A stretch of DNA of 61,177 nucleotides, the filler included, from Hausera hauseri (lineage: Eukaryota), in assembly GCA_046269625.1 (NCBI GenBank). It is 9 parts of 9 records of this genome, joined end to end, with 100 filler letters (N's around TTAATTAATTAA, not from the genome) between each part and the next. Parts side by side here need not be neighbours in the genome. Positions count along the whole stretch, not along the records: positions 22,783 to 27,327 come from JBJURY010483243.1; positions 27,428 to 32,951 come from JBJURY010236740.1; positions 33,052 to 38,029 come from JBJURY010372814.1; 6 more parts are not named here. One strand, 5' to 3'. This document shows positions 24,300 through 38,129 of this stretch, piece by piece. Position 1 is the first letter of the stretch. The number at the start of each line of letters is the position of its first letter. The position numbers and the translations under genes are program-made. Below the pieces are notes generated by a model. It had not been told where the DNA came from. It saw only the letters and a program-made list of their open reading frames with translations, and did no database searches.

Positions 24300-26183
24300 A
24301 ATATTCTCTCTGTCTTACTATAGTTGAATGCGCTTTCTACATTTTAAGATTACATTTACAGCAAAGCTTCTCATCTCTTTGTTGCTGATAGCAAGTACTG
24401 CTGTGAAGATGTTTTCTGGGTGAGTAAAGAAAGAATTTCTCTGTAGTACAGGTTTGATTACATTGAAGTCTTCTTTAGGTAGCTTTGATGCTAACTTCAG
24501 TACGTTCTTTGCTCCATCAGTGGCAGTTGGATATGTTTAAATACACAACCAACACCGAACGTATATGTTAAGAATAAAGAAAACCACACGCGACAGTTGT
24601 TGATCACGATCCGGTGTGGTCACGTACAACCTCATAAATCTGTTTTTAAAGTTAGATGTCTTGCGTGGTCCAGTTTTCCTGGATTTCTGCTTACCAGACT
24701 AATAGGTAAACAACCTCGCTTTACGGCTATACATTTCTCATAGAGGGATTTCTGGTCAGTGCTGAGCAACTTGACAACGTCACGTTGTATTTCCAAAACC
24801 GAAATTGAGATTTGTTTAAATTTTGCAATAGGCAAGCACTGATATCGTCTGACGCAGCTTTGCCAAGAGGATAGGAAAATGCATTAAGTTCGCTGTTTTT
24901 ACCATCAACTGTTTCAAAACATCGGCTTAAATATAACTCATTTCCATGAAAATTACATACAAACCAGTGTATATTTTTCTGCAAGCGCATCTCAATGATA
25001 TGATTTATACCACCACGACAGTCAACATTATTAACAGTTTCGTCATGTCCAATAACTTTTAAGTTACAATTAAAAGTTCTGTATTCATAAAGAATTTCTT
25101 TTGCAACGTCGTCTGCCTTACTTGTATTAGGTGTCACGTGACTGACATATTGACTACCAGGTTCCTAAATAATTACATAACGATTCTCACTACATTTAGA
25201 TTCTCTAACAGGCCCCTCTTTTGACATCATGAATATAGTCCAGTCAATTCTGCCATCAAAGTACAGAGATGTGACTTGTTCTTCTACCAACACCTCTTGC
25301 TGATGACCGATTGCTGCTTGTTTATCATCCTGATTGTTTAACATGCAGATGTTTATCATCCTGTTATGAAGCCAAGTTCTCTCAAAGCAGTATTAACAAT
25401 GGCTACACCAGCACGTTTACTGATCTGATAGCGATCACACTCAGTTGTCATTTGAGGGAGAGAAGATCTCATCTAAGATGAAATAACACGTGAGCATTTC
25501 TCCGTAGCATCTTCATTATCGGTGGACGCATCACTTCTGCAAGTGTCCTCTTCCTCACTATTTATTGTACTTTTTTGTGCTGATGATTCCATTCTTAATT
25601 TCTCCTTCATCACTTGTTTCTCAAATGTTTGACTTTTTCTACTTTTGGTCTGAATATTTGATGTTGTCATCACATCAATTCCCCCAATAGTCATTTTGCG
25701 ACTAGTCCTCTGATCAAGCATGAAAGGAATTTCAATAGCTGGAATTTTACGTGACTTGGGATCGCAGCACTTCTCACTAGATGCAAGATTACACCTACAG
25801 TTTGCAATGTCAGACAATGAATCGAAACTGTCAGTTTCTATAGTTTCACATTGTTTTTAATAGGAACTTTCCAAAATGATTTGGCTTTCATCTGAACACT
25901 TCAGATAACCTTTACACAAGGCTTTGTGAGATATTGTGGGAATGGACTCTCGATTCCATATCTCCTTTACATCTGTTGCCACACGATCAGAAATATCAGA
26001 CTTGGTTGGATTAGACGAACTGTCGCATTTCAGCTCATCCTTGATTGCTTGACAATGACAATATATGTCCTTTTTAGTCGGCAGTTGTGCTTGATTGAAT
26101 TTGGCAGGATAGCCAAAAGCATAATGTTTACCTTGATGTCTGGTTTGCTTTAATTTAGAAGCACTTCACTTAGTTTTCGACAT
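24300..26183 (-). mobile_element. hAT superfamily (hATm-like) transposase pseudogene; 3' boundary approximate
   Basis: QLPTKKDI, IPFMLDQRTSRKMTIGGID, SLYFDGR, WFVCNFHGNEL and PGKLDHARHLT; ATG at 26183. Confidence 0.8.
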
Positions 26184-26310
26184 ACTGAACACTATATGAT
26201 TTACGTCAGTGCAAAGTATATGAATCTAAAGACAACAACATGGAAAATCACAAATATAGCAGTAAATCAACAAAATATAATGTAAGCTTACTACTGTGGA
26301 AAAAAAGGTA

Positions 26311-27327
26311 ATGAGACTGTATTGATAAAAAGTACGCGTGTTGAATATCGATGTGCATATTTATTTGATAGGATGGTATGACTGTTGTGAATAGTTGACA
26401 GAAATTTCATGACATTTGCTTTGTTATGTTAAAAATTACAGCGTCTTTTGTGTTTGAATATAATTGTTCTCAGCGATTTTTTTAATATGGATAAATATGT
26501 GGAACAAAGAATTTATATGAAATTTTGTCTAATAAATGAAATTTCTTGTTCTGATGCATTGAAAATATTACAAAATTGTTACGGCTATGAATGCTTTTCA
26601 AGATCACAAGTTTTGAAGAGATACAAATTAGTTGTTGAGGATCGTGAAGCGGTCAAAGATAAATCTCCTTCAGAAAGGCTATCAACCTCAACTAATGATG
26701 AAAACATGAACTAAATCATGGAGCTTGTACTTTCCAATCGTCGACTGATTCAAAGAGACTTCCTGAATAGTGTTGGTACATAAAAAGATCAATTCAAACA
26801 ATTTCAAAGACGATATAGAATTGACTAGTGTGTCTTCCCGTATTGTTCCAAAAGCTTTAAATGTGTTTGAAAAAAATGTCGTGTTCAAGTGGCCGAAGAG
26901 ATGCTTTCTATGATTGACTATGATCGGAAATATATAATTACTGGCGATAAGACCTTCATCTATGCTCATGATTTGGAAATAGTTTAACAGACCTGTAAAT
27001 ATCGTGTTGCAGATGAAACAAACTGAAAAAACCACGTCTCAGCAGTCAGAAATCAAGGTAATGTTGATTGTTTGCTTCGAATACCGTGATTTTTTTCAAA
27101 AAGAGTTCCATCCAACCTGAAAAACAGTCAGGAAAGAATATTATTTAGGCCTTTGCGTCATTTGCGTAAGTCAGTTCGTAAAAAAGCGACAAAAATTATG
27201 AAGAAATAATTTAGAGTTCCAGCACCATGGTACAGCGCTATCTCATTAATGCCTAATTATTTGACAGTATTTCATAAAAATCAAGTGAATGTCGTAACAC
27301 AAGCACCGTATTCACCAGATATCGCCC
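26311..27327 (+). mobile_element. Mariner transposon relic, 3' truncated
   Basis: ATG at 26487 giving MDKYVEQRIYMKFC...SRSQV; IITGDKT; HHGTALSH (cf. HHDNAPAH); APYSPDIA (cf. PPYSPDLA). Confidence 0.85.
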
Positions 27328-27427
27328 NNNNNNNNNNNNNNNNNNNNNNNNNNNNNNNNNNNNNNNNNNNNTTAATTAATTAANNNNNNNNNNNNNNNNN
27401 NNNNNNNNNNNNNNNNNNNNNNNNNNN
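27328..27427. other. Artificial contig linker
   Basis: N44-TTAATTAATTAA-N44. Confidence 0.97.
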
Positions 27428-27791
27428 AAATGCATTTTCTGCAAACGCCCGTACTGATTTCATTAAATGATCCTGTGTCTCTATGTGCACCCAAGTACAA
27501 CTTTCATGTAAAACGGCTTTCGGGTAAAAATTGGAATAAACTTTCTGATTCTCTAAATCAATTAAACGTTGATTTAAAGTTAAACAAAACGACTGTGGAA
27601 CAACAATCTGTCGATGTACCAGCGCAGAATACGAAATGTTTGATTGTATCGGTCGCGAAATATCTTATGTATCCGATGGCGATGATGGTTTAAAATGTCG
27701 ACTGAATATTGAGTTGCAAGGATGCAAGGAAAAAGCCGGTATTAAAAGCCTAATTTGGCGTATAGCTGAAGTACATTTTAATTATCAATAA
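27428..27791 (+). pseudogene. 3' part of an unknown frameshifted gene (Cys pairs; C-terminus LKCRLNIELQGCKEKAGIKSLIWRIAEVHFNYQ*)
   Basis: Coding-like frames; the stop overlaps AATAAA. Compact virus-like spacing to the next TATA box and the dUTPase. Confidence 0.35.
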
Positions 27792-27882
27792 AGTTTGTTG
27801 TTGTTTTACCGTCCTTCTTCTTTCATTAACCCAATTAACGAGTATAAATATACGTGTAATTTTAAAAATAGTCATAAGAATA

Positions 27883-28352
27883 ATGATAATAAATGAGGTA
27901 AAGATTTTCTTAACAGTCGAAAGTGCCTTTGTACCGAGACGTGTTACATCAAACAGTGCAGGCTATGATGTGTTTTCCAATGTCAATACGACAATTTCGG
28001 ACAACACAATCAAACGTATAACAACTGGAATTCGATTGGCGATTCCACCAGGTTACTACGGTCAACTTTTATCGAAAAGCGGATTGGCAAAGTTTGGACT
28101 GACGGTTGTGGGCGGCGTTACTGACTCCTATTTTTGTGGTGAAATTAAGGTGTTGCTAAAAACCAATCCGAGGAACCGTATGCTTTTTCCAAAGGCAATG
28201 CAATCGCACAAATCGTTTCTCTTCGCTGTGAAGAGGCGGAATTCAGTGTAATGTCACCGGAACAATGGGAACTGTTTTGTGTCAATAAATCAACCCGAAC
28301 TGAACGCAAAGAATTAGGTTTTAATGATATGGACAAAACCATCTATGTTTAA
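27883..28352 (+). pseudogene. dut: Trimeric dUTPase with one frameshift at about 28160
   Basis: Motifs I SAGYD, II SKSG, III GGVTDSYFCGEI, IV KGNAIAQI and V-like ERKELGF. TATAAATA at 27844. Intronless. Confidence 0.88.
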
Positions 28353-28434
28353 TTGTTGTGATGATAATAATAATAATAGTTAATTGTTTTGTTTGTGTTA
28401 TAAACAAAAAATGATTTTGTACCAGAGATAAGTA

Positions 28435-28569
28435 ATGGCGACAGGATTTATAGATATTAAAGCTTCCAAAGATGATAATGCCCGGTACCTGATAAAGGAA
28501 TTATGTATTATGGACGTCGGTAACATTTTCAAACCGCTTCTGCACATATTCAAGCCCGGTTTGTGTTGA
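28435..28569 (+). pseudogene. N-terminal fragment of a small DEDD-like Polinton accessory gene
   Basis: MATGFIDIKASKDDNARYLIKELCIMDVGNIFKPLLHIFKP aligns with the minus-strand gene starting at 15566. TATAAA at 28399. Confidence 0.6.
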
Positions 28570-29599
28570 AAGTACCACTGGATCAGCTGAAAAACGTCGA
28601 CAAACACAATCATACTGTGGACAGATTGCAAAAGCCCTAATCATCTAACTCCCACAACAAGGTCACTATTGTAAGGATCATTCTAACAACACATAATCCG
28701 GAACCAAAGCTATTTGATGAAACGCCCAAGCATATAACTACAGATTCCAAACACTTATCCCGAAATTTCTTTTCAATATCGGACGGTTTCGAAATCTTTC
28801 TTGCTGCCAGCCGCATCAATTTACTAAACCCCTTACAAGATTTCATTAGACTCTCAATTAGATTACCTGAAAGGTCTAAACACTGTTTTGAAATCCTTTT
28901 CATTAAACCAAACCGTACAGTTCTCCACAAACATGGGAAACTATGTTTCTACAGAACCATGGCTTTGTTAAAAACCCTCATATCTTTAAGTGAGACTATA
29001 ATTCAAAACTGTCGACTGATACACAATGCTATTGAAGAATTAAATCTGAACTATATTGCAATGATAAAAAGTATAATAGTTGCAAACAAACCCACATCAC
29101 CATCAGAAATTTGTTGGAACACTCTATTACCTGTATGTTCAGATCTCAGTTTTAACTTGCAAGTTGCGAGAAACGAGACAAACAAATTATTGCCACCGTT
29201 CTACAGTGCCATATCTCAAGTTTTGGAAACATTAACTCTTAACACAAAATAACCGACAGGTCACGGTAATACCAAACGAATGATGAAACTACGACATATT
29301 TGTGACAATATTGTTTGGAGTACGATCAAAAATTCAGAAACCAAAACCCTGAAAACATCTGACTACGAAACTATCCCAATAAAAAATTTGGCTCACAAAT
29401 GTCAAATTGCGTATGTCAAATATTATATTCGACAAATATGTCATCAACTCGAAGCTGCAACTACAGCAGTCGAACTTAATTGACAATCAAATATCTTTGC
29501 AAACAATGTCAATTCTAAACCAGTTTTCGTATCAACGGCCGAACTCTGATGGACATTTCTGCTGCTCGGCATCGCTGTGCCGTCCTTGCGGGGTAGCGC

Positions 29600-32500
29600 G
29601 CTCGGTCGTTTGTTTCGGGGCTGTGGGTCACGTGCCATGCAGCACGGGATTATGACGTCACGCCTCTGGCTCCAGCCAGCCCACTTTTTCCATTTTCATT
29701 TATAGATACAACACACATCTATACACATACCGCAAATCACAATACTTTAGGAAAAAAACCTACATACTTCAATCTTATACGCCACCGACATATTTGACTA
29801 CTTTGTTTTTCAATTGCTTCATTATCCGTCTACATGATCGTCTGTACAGCTTTCTTTTGCATCCCTCTTCATCCAACTCTGACGAGATTAAGAAGTCACC
29901 TAACATATCCTTGGTGTCGCCAGTTCCTTCTTCTTTTTTACACCTTCAGTGCGTTGACTTCTTCCTTGATGGTCAGAATTCCATTAGAACATGGCTAGAC
30001 TTCCACACAAAGTTGCTAGCCTCACATAAAATTACTGATTCCTTTCTGCCGCCCAACATAAAATTCTTCATTACTAATCTACCTGACATTTTTAATCATT
30101 CTGATCTCTATAAATCTCTATTGGACGCTGAGATTAAAGTAACTGAGCTCTCTCTGGACTCCATAATTCAAAAATATTTCATTGAGAACGCTCTTGGGCA
30201 GCAAAATCTACTAAATTCCTGGGCACTTCACTATCACAATTGAATTCTTTGGGAGTAAATCAACAAAATAACGCCGATCTTTTCCGACGTTACTTCCTTT
30301 CAGATCTGTCAATCCCAATACACGTACACCTCACTGTACTTGAGGATTCTACGTCGCTCGATAAACTGGCACAACTTGTGGGCAAAATTTACGAAAATTT
30401 TCATAACAATAATACATATAAAACCATTTCAGCTTTACAAACAACACAATCATCAACAATAGTCGCAACAATTCAAAATCTGCAAGCCGAAAATGCGGCC
30501 CTACATCAAGCCATATCGGCCACCTCTATCAAAATTGACGTTTTGTCCCTACCGCGTCGCGCTCGCTTTATCGAGGATCAAAGCAGACAGTCGTCTGCAA
30601 ACTTTAGGCACGGCAAGTCACCTTCACGACAAATAATGTGCTATTATCACACCAAATTCAATCGAAACGCCAAAAATGCTGTATATACTGCAGGTTCTAT
30701 ACGCAGCGTTTCCAATCACACGATCCGGTCTGCATCTATCACAGCAAGTTTAAAGACAATGCAGAACGCCGTTTAACTGGGTGTAAGTTTTACATGCAGA
30801 AAACTCCAACATCTTCATATATTCAAAATCGGATAAAGCCGCCAGAAACTACGGCAATCTGTGCCAAAGGCCATTTTTCATCACTCAATCGCCGTACCAA
30901 AGCTGTTTTTCTTTTAGACGCTGCAGTGACATCTTTCCCACACCGCACCAAATTTTTGATTGACTCGGGTGCAGTCGTCTTATTGCTTCCTTCCTTCTTC
31001 AACTCCTTAAAAATACTCCCCATGTCTGCCAGACTTTTCACTTCCACTGGGCAAGCTTTACGCATTTCCGGTACTGCAGAACTTTCTTTTATTTTAGCAC
31101 ATTCCTTTGAAGTCTTCCGAAGGACATTCATATTCGCTGAGATCAAAACTCCTATCTTAGGTCCTGATTTTCTATCACATCACAATTTACTTGTCGACTG
31201 CAGACAGCATCATGTCATCAAAAATACAATCCATAATACAAAATCACAAAGCCGTACACAAATTGTCGCGAATCCTGCTGCGATGCCGAAATCAATATAA
31301 AAAAAAATCGGTAATAAAACTAAATGAATTGAGTGTTGACAATTCCGATTGTGACGATTCTATTCAGACAATCACTAAAAACAACTATTAATACAAACAT
31401 AATTTCTCAGCCTTCATCTCCATACTTACAACTAGATTTAGCTCTTCTCAATTACGTAACAATTTCTTGTGCCAGAATATTAAAGAGAGACCCCAACGTT
31501 AAACCTGCTTCTACAACATACCATCACATCGTCACTGAACACCAAAGGCCAAATAAACAAAACCTTAGGCCACTTTCGCCCAGTAGACGCAAAGCAGTAG
31601 AGTGTGAATTTAATGAAATAGAAAAGGCAGGAATTATAATAAAATCAAAGTCACCTTGGGCCTCACCTACACACGTAGTGCCCAAGAAGGATGGAACTTT
31701 CAGGCCCTGTGGCGTTTACCGCCAATTGAACACCATTACGGTACTGGATGCATATCTATTACCGCTAATCAATGATATCCTACGCAGACTCAATGGCAAC
31801 ACCATATTTTCATCCATCGATCTTCATAAAGCCTACCATCAGATTCCTGTCTCACCGACTATCATATCGAAAACGGCTGTACCAACACCTTTCGGCCTTT
31901 TCGAGTATGTTTTCATGCCATTTGAACTTCGTAGTGCCTCACAAACATTTCAAAATCACATAGATACAGTGCTCGCCGGTCTAAACTTTGCGTTCCCATA
32001 TGTAGGTGATACCCTCATCATTTCGTCGTCTCCCAAACAACATTCTGAGCATTTACGCATAGTCTTTCAGGGCCTCCACCAAAGCTATCTTGAAGTTAAC
32101 TTCGCTAAATGCTCCTTTTTTCAAGAGAAAATCAACTTTCTTGATCATGTAATCAGAAAATCTGGCCATTCTCCTCAACAAGATCGCATAACTCAGCTTA
32201 AAATCATTCAACTGCCACGTACAATGACTGAAATGCGCTCTTTTCTTGGTACACTCCACTTTGTTCATTAATACGTGCCACACTGCTCCAAATTAACCGC
32301 ACCCTTTGCATTTCTATCGTCTGCAAAAAAGAAACAGTTTATTCACTGGACGCCTGAATTTGTAAACCAATTCGACCATTTACTTGAGGGTTTAGAAACC
32401 GTTGAAAGTTTAGCATACCCCAAGCCTGACGCAAAGCTGATATTAACCACAGGTGCCTCTACCACAGCAGTCGGCGCAATACTGCATCAAATTTCTAATG

Positions 32501-32951
32501 GCGTCAACGAGCCTATGGAATTTTATTCTCGGAAACTTACACACTAGAAAGTTGTTATTCAACTTTCGACAGAGAGCTCTTAGCTATAGTATTAGCTTTA
32601 AAACACTTCTCGCATTTGTTAATTGTCAGGTCTTTTACGATCCAAACAGATCACAAACCTCTGATTACCATTATGGACATGAAAGCCCTTTCACCCCGAC
32701 AGGAACGTCACATATCGTACCTGTCAACATTCTGTTTCAAAATGGTACATATTTTAGGCACTAACAATCTAGTTGCGATTTTTTACCAAGATCAGTTAAC
32801 ATCATGGGAGTCACGCCGATTTTTTCATAAGCTGTGCTTCAGCAAAACGTGACAATGCAGGGTATTCTTAAATCCTTTAAATCACACCAAATTATTGACA
32901 GCGTTGCCTATGACACTTCTAGACCCAGCAATCATAAACCTATACCATATA
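29600..32951 (+). mobile_element. Decayed CsRn1-like Gypsy LTR retrotransposon related to the contig C element, 3' truncated
   Basis: Gag SIRTWLDF..., CYYHTKF and CIYHSKF fingers; protease LIDSGA and ILGPDFL; RT SKSPWASPTHVVPKKDGTFRPCG; YVGD (YxDD mutated); RNase H with TDHKPL. Confidence 0.92.
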
Positions 32952-33051
32952 NNNNNNNNNNNNNNNNNNNNNNNNNNNNNNNNNNNNNNNNNNNNTTAAT
33001 TAATTAANNNNNNNNNNNNNNNNNNNNNNNNNNNNNNNNNNNNNNNNNNNN
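32952..33051. other. Artificial contig linker
   Basis: N44-TTAATTAATTAA-N44. Confidence 0.97.
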
Positions 33052-33397
33052 ATAGACCTGAGTGTTGAGTTTGAAGGTGACGCTTCAGCTTGTTTGGCTT
33101 CATTAACTGCTTCGACAGCATGGCGTCAAAAATGACACACTGAGATTTCCCATCGACAATAGGGAAATCAAAGTCCAGAAATACTTCATTATAACTATGT
33201 TTACGCGTTTTCGATAAGTCAATGAAGTAAGAATAGAAATGTATCAATATTTAGTTATTGATTAATGGATAAACCCCCAGTCAATTGTTTCATCAAATTG
33301 GATCTCTGATATCAAATCTTTTTCATCCCTTCGTGACCTCTCAGAAAACACAGCGCGACACCAAATGGGATCAAGAACTATAAGTTGAGAAACACTG
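33052..33397 (-). mobile_element. 5' end of a Buster/Charlie-type hAT transposon
   Basis: TIR CAGTGTTTCTCAAC (33397-33384) and a BED-finger relic SQCVIF..LS..MKPNKLKRHLQTQH. Confidence 0.8.
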
Positions 33398-33857
33398 CAG
33401 TTGACGACACATTTTGTCATTGCTATAAATTCGCATATAGGTCTCTTATCTAATCAATAACTTTGACTCCTACTCAGACTATATTATTTAAAGTGAATCC
33501 AGGAAGAATGGAAATGACAGAAACGAAGTCATGATTCTTGATGCGGAAACGAAAAACGACATGGGTATTTCATTAATGATATTATAAATCAAGAAAAATT
33601 TTGATGTGTAATCTTTATTAACGTAAATAATAACCGCTCTTTTTCAAGTTCGTACTATATTTGTTGGGTGAATAAAGATTTTTAATTACATTTGACAAAA
33701 TTTCATAATGTTACCATTGTCACGTAAATGAAAGTTATGGAGAGAAAATTGATAAATTCATTAATATCATTTTGTTAGCATTTCGTGTATAAAATTTTAG
33801 GGCAGCTTGTGCCGAAGCATTATGGGTGAAAGATTCGAGAAGAGATTTGAGTAAAAT

Positions 33858-34060
33858 CCTCCACTTGGTAGTATGCAATCCCTAGGTCGATTGACGTGAA
33901 AAACGTGGTCCCGTATAACCTGTCCAATATCTCTACTACGTTAGGCATGGGGAAGGCCTGTCATTTTCGTTATAAGATTTAGCTGTCTGAAGTCCAGGCA
34001 TATTCTGACATCGTTTTTGTCTTTCTTCCATACGCATATCATTGGTGTATTCCACGCCGT
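33858..34060 (-). mobile_element. Isolated Gypsy reverse transcriptase fragment
   Basis: WNTPMICVWKKDKNDVRICLDFRQLN...FPMPNVVEILDRL..FFTSIDLGIAYYQV. Confidence 0.8.
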
Positions 34061-34317
34061 CCACGTCATCGCCCAGCTTGGGTAGGGTTGGAAAATACCC
34101 ACCCTCTGGTATGTCTGCTGAATCAGAATTGGATCATTTGAAATTACTCATTGAAAAATAAACACCAGTTGTAGAAAATTTTTACTGTAATCCAAAATAT
34201 TTATTTGGAAACAAAAATTCTAAATTCAAATTATACTTTTAATATTACATTTCTAAATTAAATTTAAAATTTAAAAATGTTTCTAACTTAAATTTAGAAT
34301 TTCTGTTCTGGATTATA

Positions 34318-34609
34318 TCCTCACACCACCCTTAATCATCCTCCTTACTCACTAGATCTCGCCCCCCTGCGACTTTTTTCTTTTCCCGAAATGCAAAATG
34401 GTGATGAGGGGACAGCATTGGGAAAATGTGGAAACAATAAAACGAGGAAGGTCGAGGAAACTAAAAAGCCTAACTTCCGAGGACTTCCAGGAGTACTTTG
34501 AATAATGAAAACGAAAACGGGAGAAGTACATAGCAAGGAATGGAGAGTATTTTGGAGGGGTAAAATTGATTATGACCTTAGTTCGCTTATTTATTGGACA
34601 GACCACTTA
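34318..34609 (+). mobile_element. Mariner 3' fragment with terminal repeat
   Basis: YSLDLAPCDFFLFPK...EDFQEYFE**K...YIARNGEYF, and a TIR-like TTATTGGACAGACCACTTA. Confidence 0.8.
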
Positions 34610-34684
34610 TGTATATATATTTTTAACTTTGTGCAAAAACATTCCCCCCATGGAACGAATGATTTAGTACCGTATTTTCATGTA

Positions 34685-35660
34685 CACTGGTGTCCAAAAG
34701 TCTTTGAACAAAACATATTAGAGTGTAAAATGCAAATTTTATTACAAAATATACAATAATTGAATGCAATGAACATATTCAGGACAGTCTAACAACAGAT
34801 GAAAGTTAATAAATGATAACATTACAGTTAATTAATATTTTATATGGTAACTTTTGATTTTTAAAACGAGGTCAATTCTATGGGTCAGTGAATTGATCAA
34901 CTTGGCACACAGTTCATTAAGAATATGAAGGCACCACGCTGATTTGATTATGCGTTTAAGATCATCTCAACTTTTCGGTCTTCTCAGAATTGACCACAAG
35001 TTTTCTATCCGGTTACGATCTGAGCTGTTACCTGGCCAGTATATTAATGTATGCTTCAGCATTTATGGTGGTCCCCTTTGGAAAAACCATAATGGCCCCT
35101 ACCAAATGCAGAGAAGGCACCCTATACCATACAAGATTGAGAGTTCTTAGCAGCAGGTGCCACATACTTCATGTTATATCGCTGTCCAGAAGGCCTCCTC
35201 ACAAGTCTTTGGTATGTGAAACACATGAAACTTCGATTCATCGGAAACATCACTGAACTCCAGTCTTCTGGAGTCCAATGACGACATTTTTTACAAAATG
35301 TGAAACGGTCACGGATTTTTTTCAGACAGGAGTTTTCTGGCAGCCTTTCGAGATTTTAATTTGAAATTTTCATGTAATCTAAGCCTAATTGTACGAACAC
35401 TTACTGTTCAAAAAAGTAATTCATCTGTAATCTCAAATGATTAATGAAATGGATTAGATGAACTTAATCTTTGTATTGCAATGTCATCACGTGTGGATGT
35501 CTTCTTTGATCTTCCAAATCGAGGAAGTGTTGGCACAGTGCCGTCACAAAAGTGTAACTACACCAATTCTGTCGATCATCTGAGCCCATTTTTCAATGCT
35601 AATGACAAGTTTTTGCCCCATAAATGGCAACTAATAATTTTTGAAATGCGCTAATTCATC
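34685..35660 (-). mobile_element. Tc1-like transposon relic
   Basis: TA followed by TIR CACTGGTGTCCAAAAGTCTTTGAACA; minus-strand PRFGRSKKT, WSSVMF/SDESKF and WPGNSSDRNRIENLW. Confidence 0.8.
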
Positions 35661-35989
35661 AAGTTAATAAATTTGGTTAATTAAAACAAACATTTAATAA
35701 TTATTTTACATATTTGCCGCGTTGTTGATATAATTACATTAAAAATATCAACTTTGTTGAGGTCCATAGTCATAGACGTTTAATAACCGCTGTTATGCCG
35801 ACATTTATGGAATTCTGTCTTTTACAATAAGTAATGATTACTATCACAGTATCGATTTAGTTTTGGAAATTGTCAACTAGTAGAACCAATATAAAATTAA
35901 AATACTTATTTGTTTATGACTTGGATAATTCGTTTGAAGAATTTTTTTTGATCCACGATAATTATTTATGTCTATTATGTTTGTTGAAG

Positions 35990-37321
35990 ACGTGCGATCA
36001 ACCGCAAACGGTAAAACCTACCAGGCAGGCGGCTCCTTTGCATGTAGAAGAAGAGTATTTATGGTTATATCTTGATCCGCGCAACAACGTACAAGGGCCA
36101 TTCCATGACAGTCAGATGTTCCAGTGGTGGTCACAGGGCATCTATTTCCAAAATTCTCTGCTCATGAAGCGGAAGTGTGACGCAGATTTTTCCACATTAC
36201 GTAAAATCATTAACGTTCCAAGACATACCTAATTGAACACTTACACAGAGGATTACAGTAAGCGGTTTAACGGCGTTCCCTTTAACCGGAAAGACATTCG
36301 GGTACCGCCGCTTACCGAATCATTATCCACTGTATCCCCCACTGGATTCGTACGGCCGAGTGTGTACAGCTGCGCAGTTCCTTTTACACCACAAACGAGT
36401 TTGGCTCAGGCACCAATGACTGACAACACCGGGATGCTGATGCAGCTATTGTCTGGTCAGCAGGCTAAGTCACCGGAGGAGTTAGCCAAACTCCTGCGAA
36501 AAATGTCTGTACAGAACAGGTCATCCGAACAGCAGCCACATAACATCGGCACTCAAATGCAAAATGGTGTCGACCTTTATGCCCACAATCCAGTCTCGAG
36601 CAGTCTTTCAACGTTTGTAAAACCGAACTACAGTAGCCATCAGCAGCCGCCGCCGATGTACATTTCAGATTCAAAGGCGTCGAATCGGCTGCCGAACATT
36701 GTAAAGTCCGACCGGTACAGTCGTCCTTCATGGGATTTGCCATCGTCTTCACAAGGAGGACTTGTTGACAGTGTGTGGACGAACAGCAGCAGTAGTAAGG
36801 AACATATGATGTGCGTTCGTGGTGTTGTCGGTGGCGGCCTTGATAGTGTTTCCTGCAACAGGAATACATCAGTATGGTCACGCAGTACGTCTGATCCATC
36901 CGTGGCAATGCCGGTGAACAGCAGTGCTGTCATTCTCTCATCGATGTTGCACAGTAGCGGCTGTCAAAAACAGCAGTTATCCACCGATATGCATCAGTGC
37001 AACCCACTGCAGGATACGTGGGACAGTCTCGATCCAGCCATTATCAAGGTGATACCACCAGGGAATCAACATGAACACAAGGATCGGAAATTGTCTGACG
37101 ATAGGGACTTAATGTCTCCTCGATCTGCAGGTACTGATGCCGCCAGTCGTTCTCATTCCGATAACGCTAAACATCCGTGGGCTGACCTTGTTAGGAAAAA
37201 CAGCAGTTCCAATGGCCAGAGGTCCAAATCTAGCCGCAGCAGCGACCATGAAATCACCACCAATCATTCGACATCTCCGAATCAGACGAAACTCTCTGTC
37301 ACATCAAACAGCAGTGATGAG
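35990..37321 (+). CDS. Internal exons of a GYF-domain protein (GIGYF/PERQ-like); exons about 35990-36200 and 36249-37321
   Basis: GYF consensus WLYLDPRNNVQGPFHDSQMFQWWSQGIYF..L.MKR. A 48-bp GT-AG intron (36201-36248) gives FSTLQDYSKRFNGVPF, followed by a Ser/Pro/Gln-rich tail; GT donor at 37322. Confidence 0.8.
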
Positions 37322-37639
37322 GTTGGTTTACGTTGATAATTGCGTTTATTTTTCTATCTAAATTGACATGATGATTACAACTTTCTTAAACTGTTATTTT
37401 TTATAAATTTCACTTGACAAATATATATATATATATCTTGTTCGGAAAAAAACTACGCTCAGACTGATTAAAATGAAAAGTATTTCATTGGCTGAATAAT
37501 GTTTCGATAAATGCACCAATGTTTGTGACAAATAAATGTAAAGCGCTGTTAGTGAATTGCCATTTATTTTACGCTTTAATTGAAAGTTAACTGCTTGTAA
37601 CATGGGAAAGCATTTCAGTGAATATGTTCGTGGTGCCAT

Positions 37640-38029
37640 TTGTGGTGACAATAGCCGTAACAGTTAAATTTGTGCAAAGCTTATCCAGAGGAACCCGTGG
37701 ACAATAATAACGTCCATTGGTGGTTTCTGCAGTATCGAGGTGGTCGAATATCTTTAGACAGCATAGAAGGATCAGACAGACTATCAGCTGGTGCTAAACA
37801 GCGCAGCAGAAAGTTTCAAAATTGATCTAGGCTAACCCTTTCATTACTGTTAGAGAAATTTCTAGTAGAATTCCTATTGTTACGATTCACAAAATTGTTC
37901 ATACTTTGGGATTTCAAAAAATAACACGATGCAATCCCAGGCGTTTAACTGCAGCACAGGCTGCTGCTAAAGAAAATCTTCGTCTCCTTGAAAGTGGCGA
38001 GTTGGACATTAGAAATATTATAAACCTTG
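37640..38029 (+). mobile_element. Mariner 5' transposase relic
   Basis: LCKAY...VHWWF..YRGGRISL, ANPFITVREI, IHKIV..LGFQK..NPRRLT (cf. WVPRxLT). Confidence 0.65.
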
Positions 38030-38129
38030 NNNNNNNNNNNNNNNNNNNNNNNNNNNNNNNNNNNNNNNNNNNNTTAATTAATTAANNNNNNNNNNNNNNN
38101 NNNNNNNNNNNNNNNNNNNNNNNNNNNNN
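38030..38129. other. Artificial contig linker
   Basis: N44-TTAATTAATTAA-N44. Confidence 0.97.

Noticed and set aside
27883-32951. dUTPase encoded by the Gypsy element
   Set aside because: It has its own TATA box, lies about 1.5 kb 5' of gag, and is followed by a Polinton-type gene fragment; the sister Gypsy in contig C shows no dUTPase.
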